This document shows positions 59,670 to 64,000 of a DNA stretch of 64,000 nucleotides, piece after piece; the stretch's first letter is position 1; each line of letters opens with the position of its first letter. The translations under genes and the position numbers were made by a program. Source of the stretch: the human T2T-CHM13v2.0 reference genome, Homo sapiens; assembly GCF_009914755.1 (NCBI RefSeq), contig NC_060947.1; one strand, 5' to 3'. The notes beneath the pieces were generated by a model. That model was not told the origin of the DNA. It saw nothing but the letters and a program-made list of their open reading frames with translations, and did not search any database.

Positions 59670-62299
59670 ACAATGAGATCACTTGGACACAGGGTGCGGG
59701 ACATCACACACCAGGGCCTGTTGTGGGGTTGGGGGCTGGCAGAGGGATAGCATTACGAGAAATACCTAATGCAAATGATGAGTTGATGGTGCAGCAAACC
59801 AACATGGCACATATATACCTATGTATCAAACCTGCACGTTGTGCAGACGTACCCTAGAACTTAAAGTATAATAAAAAAAAAAGAAAACAAATACCTTCAG
59901 GGGTAATATTTCTAGCAGTTAGGACTAGAAAAAAAAAAGAAAAGAGAAAAGGGCAATGGATAAAATCTATGCAATTTAAATTACAGTCATGTGATAACAG
60001 CTCTGCTCCCCATAGTGACAAAACTTTTCACGAATAAGTAGCAGTCCTAATGATTACTGATATGAGGGCATAACTATGAACATGAACTATTTCAACAAAT
60101 ATGTATTGAGTGCCTGCTATGTGCCAAGCACGAGTATACATCCAGGAGCATGCTACATTCAATTTCAATGCTGTGGAACACCTTGTTTCATTGAAGTTTT
60201 ACTACACTACAATACCATATTATACGAGTTACTCAAAGCACCTAATGAGAAGTGCAAGTCTTATAAACTAAGTCACATTCCAGAAATAAAAAACAAAAAA
60301 AGAAAAAAAAAAGAGGAAGACACCTAAACTCACAAGGTCTTATTACTTCTTAAAGTTCATGGATACTAGCCTATCTCTAGAAATCTACCAGGCTAAGCAA
60401 AACCCTATAGAAATCCAAATTAAAAACTAACTTTTGGACTCTTTATCCCCATGTATATGTTATAGGTATAACTTTAGCTCTATGAGTATGGTGACTGTGC
60501 TCATTTTTACTCACCATTATATACCCAGTGCCTAGCACACAGTAGCTGGTAAATAAATATTTAGTGAATGAATGAAGGAATATAGGAAGGTAGTTTCAAA
60601 TTTAATAAAGTTATTGGCAGTATAACAAATATTAAATGGCATTACTGGTTATACTTTATTAAATGGTCAGTGTTCCCCTACATTCAAAATATCCTTTTAA
60701 ACTGTTCCACTGAAGTGTGTCTTCCCCTGTTTTTATTTATTTAATGCTGTTCATTTAGAAGGTGTTAACTGTTCTTTTTAGTCTTTAGATTACTGTACAT
60801 TCAAAGTACAGCAAAGTTTGGCAACATTTTTCTATCTAAAACTCATAGACTGCTATAAATAGATAAAAACATAATTCCATGATAAAGTTACAGAATTGCT
60901 TTGATCTCCCAGCCTCTATCACCCCCCTGGAAAACACACATAAACTCTGCATCCTGAAGGAGCTCCATTGCTTCTTATATGGGGCAATTAATAATAATAT
61001 TTTATTGCAGTTTGAAACACATAGGGACCCATATTACTAGTCTATTTTTATGCTTTTCTCACCTTCTTATAAAGGAACATCTTATGAACTGGATGAATCA
61101 CAGGACATCAAGGGCAGGCATAGAAAAAAGAAACATAAGATAACGGACTCTTTAGATGAACATGGGCCTAAAGAAAATCAGATATTAGTACACAAATTTT
61201 TTTAAATCCTCCAAAAAAATCCAGTGGCCACTCTTCCTGTTCTCTGTGGGATTTCAGGTTAGTAAGCAGTCTAGGGGGATGGAGGACTTGTTGAAAATCA
61301 ACCCTCTGAAGCAATGAGAATTATCTAGTGGGAGAAGGGCTGACTCTAGGGAAAATGGGTGGAAATGGTGCATGCCTCGTGGGGCTGTCAGGGTATTTGT
61401 CACCTAAGAGGTTCTTACAACTTACCCGACTGATGGGGGTTAAAGTATTACTATGCACCAGCACACATTCTCTCAATCACATTAGACTTTAAAATTCCAA
61501 GGTCTGGTTTGCCTTTTACAAGGAATAATATTGGTTTAGAATGCTGCTCAAAGCCTGCTCCACAAATCTGAGAGACCAGGTTATAGCACCTCATTTTCCT
61601 TTGCCACTGCCATGTCCTCACTCTCCCCTCATGTAACTAAAAACCACTTCTTAAACTTTGGTAAACAACATTAAGGAAACTGAGAGAATGCTTTCTGCAG
61701 ACTTAACTTTCCTGGAAATAATTATCAATGATGGAAAACAAGCTCTTCATAACAGAATAAAACCTCATTAATTTGAACTCTACTATTTCAAAATTTGTGC
61801 TAATTCAAACAGACCTAGACTGAAAGTTTTCCTTAGCAAGTTTGGAAAAGAAGGGTCTGCTAAGCAAATCAACTTTATAATTAAGGTTGTAAGGGAAATA
61901 CAGGACTTGCTTAAAGAGAATAAATTATTTCCAGGATTCTGGAATTAACCATCTACAGGCACTGTAACATCATAATTACAAATCTTTTGTGTAGTATGTT
62001 AAAAAGCAGGTCTCTGGGGGACTTCTACTTGGTAACACTCCATTAGCCCATTCTGAGTTATTGTTGTCACTAACACAAGCAAATCGGTGTCACTAAAACA
62101 AGCAAAACTACTTTTTAAATAAATATTTCATTCATTCTTTATTGAGTATACTGGGCTTCCTGCAATTATTGTGAATTTGAGAGCTTTTACTTCCATGTTG
62201 GTGTTGCTAGATCCTCACCTACAGTCTTTGTCATGCTCAAAGATCTCTAAGTATAAATCTTACAGTCACTAATAACTGAATCAGAAATATAGCTCAAGC

Positions 62300-64000
62300 C
62301 GAGTAGGCGGTTTTCCCCTCACAGTGTAAACAAAGCCGCCAGGAAGTTCGAACTGGGTGGAGGCCACCGCAGCTCAGCAAAGCCTCTGTAGCCAGACTGC
62401 CTCTCTAGATTCCTCCTCTCTGGGCAGGGCATCTCTGAAAGAAAGGCAGCAGCCCCAGTCAGGGACTTTCAGATAAAAATCCTATCTCCCTGGGACAGAG
62501 CACCTGGGGAAAGGGGTGGCTGTGGGCACAGCTTCAGCAGACTTGAATGTTCCTGCTGCCAGCTCTGAAGAGAGCAGTGGATCTCCCAGCACAGTGCTCG
62601 AGCTCTGCTAAGGGACAGACTGCCTCCTCAAGTGGGTCCCTGACCCCCGTGCCTCCTGACTGGGAGACACCTCCCAGCAGGGGTCGACAGACACCTCATA
62701 CAGGAGAGCTCCAGCTGGCATCTGGCGGGTGCCCCTCTGGGATGAAGCTTCCAGGGGAAGGAACAGGCAGCAATCTTTGCTGTTCTGCAGCCTCTGCTGG
62801 TGATACCCAGGCAGACAGGGTCTGGAGTGGACCTCCAGCAAACTCCACCAGACCTGCAGCAGAGGGGCCTGACTGTTAAAAGGAAAACTAACAAACAGAA
62901 AGGAAAAGCATCAACATCAACAAAAAAGATGTCCACACCAAAACCCCATCTGAAGGTCACCAATATCAAAGACCAAAGCTAGATAAATCCACAAAGAAGA
63001 GGAAAAAACAGCGCAAAAAGGCTGAAAATTCCAAAAACCAGAACGCCTCTTCTCCTCCAAAGGATCACAACTCCTCGCCAACAAGGGAACAAAACAACAG
63101 AGAATGAATTTGATAAATTGACAGAAGTAGGCTTCAGAAGGTGGGTAATAACAAACTCCTCCAAGATAAAGGAGCATGTTCTAACCCAATGCAAGGAAGC
63201 TAAGAACCTTGAAAAAAAGTTAGAGGAATTGCTAACTAGAATAACCAGTTTAGAGAAGAACATAAATGACCTGATGGAGCTGAAAAACACAGCATGAGAA
63301 CTTCGTGAAGCATACACAAGTATCAATAGCCGAATCATCAAGTAGAAGAAAGGATATCAGAGATTAAAGAACAACTTAATGAAGTAAAGCATGAAGACAA
63401 GATTAGAGAAAAAAGAATGAAAAGGAATGAGCAAAGCCTCCAAGAAATATGGGACTATATGAAAAGACCAAATATTTTTTGATTTGATTGGTGTACCTGA
63501 AAGTGACAGAAAGAATGGAACCAAGTTGCAGAACACTCTTCAGGATATTATCCAGGAGAACTTCCCTAACCTAGCAAGACAGGCCAACATTCAAATTCAG
63601 GAAATACAGAGACCACCACAAAGATACTCCTCGAGAAGAGGAATCCCAAGACACATAATCATCAGATCCACCAAGGTTGAAATGAAGGAAAAAATGTTAA
63701 GGGCAGCCAGAGAGAAAGGTCGGGTTACCCACAAAGGGAAGCCCATCAGACTAACAGTGGATCTCTCGGCAGAAACCCCACAAGCCAGAAGAGAGTGGGG
63801 GCCAATATTCATTCAACACTCTAAAAGAAAAGATTTTTCAATGCAGAATTTCATATCCAGCCAAACTAAGCTTCATAAGCAAAGGAGAAATAAAATCCTT
63901 TATAGACAAGCAAATGCTGAGAGATTTTGTCACCACCAGGCCTGCCTTACAAGAGCTCCTGAAGGAAGCACTAAATATGGAAAGGAAAAACCGGTACCAG
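62300..64000 (+). mobile_element. L1PA8-like element, truncated within the 5'UTR, degraded ORF1, runs off the window
   Basis: gagtaggcggttttcccctcacagtgtaaacaaagcc 5'UTR motif; ORF1 homology from ~62995 with lost ATG, stops and frameshifts. Confidence 0.85.

Overview
Mammalian (human-like) genomic DNA that I recognise as the Xq23 TMEM164/AMMECR1 tail-to-tail interval. The first ~1.7 kb is probably the end of the TMEM164 3'UTR (+), assigned from gene order only. About 16 kb of repeat-rich intergenic DNA follows. The rest is the 3' part of AMMECR1 on the - strand: a ~4.3 kb 3'UTR and four coding exons (40426-40540, 26354-26444, 24862-24958, 22428-22542) that splice into one open frame ending ...[10 protein letters not shown]. 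Its large upstream intron carries the C/D snoRNA SNORD96B (48901-48972, -), a 5'-truncated L1PA2-like element, a full-length L1PA7-like element with a nested AluY, and the start of an L1PA8-like element. Most short ORFs in the supplied track are repeat-derived or spurious. I see no clearly new biological system. The best leads are: two G-U-stabilised, mRNA-strand-specific hairpins flanking a CU-rich tract in the proximal AMMECR1 3'UTR; retroposition hallmarks and a guide wobble in SNORD96B; two L1s with apparent short 3' transductions inside their target-site duplications; an ORF0-like antisense ORF pointing toward AMMECR1 exons; and a ~175-bp local duplication carrying a splice-acceptor-like motif. 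Repeat subfamily names come from recalled diagnostic motifs and need RepeatMasker/Dfam confirmation.
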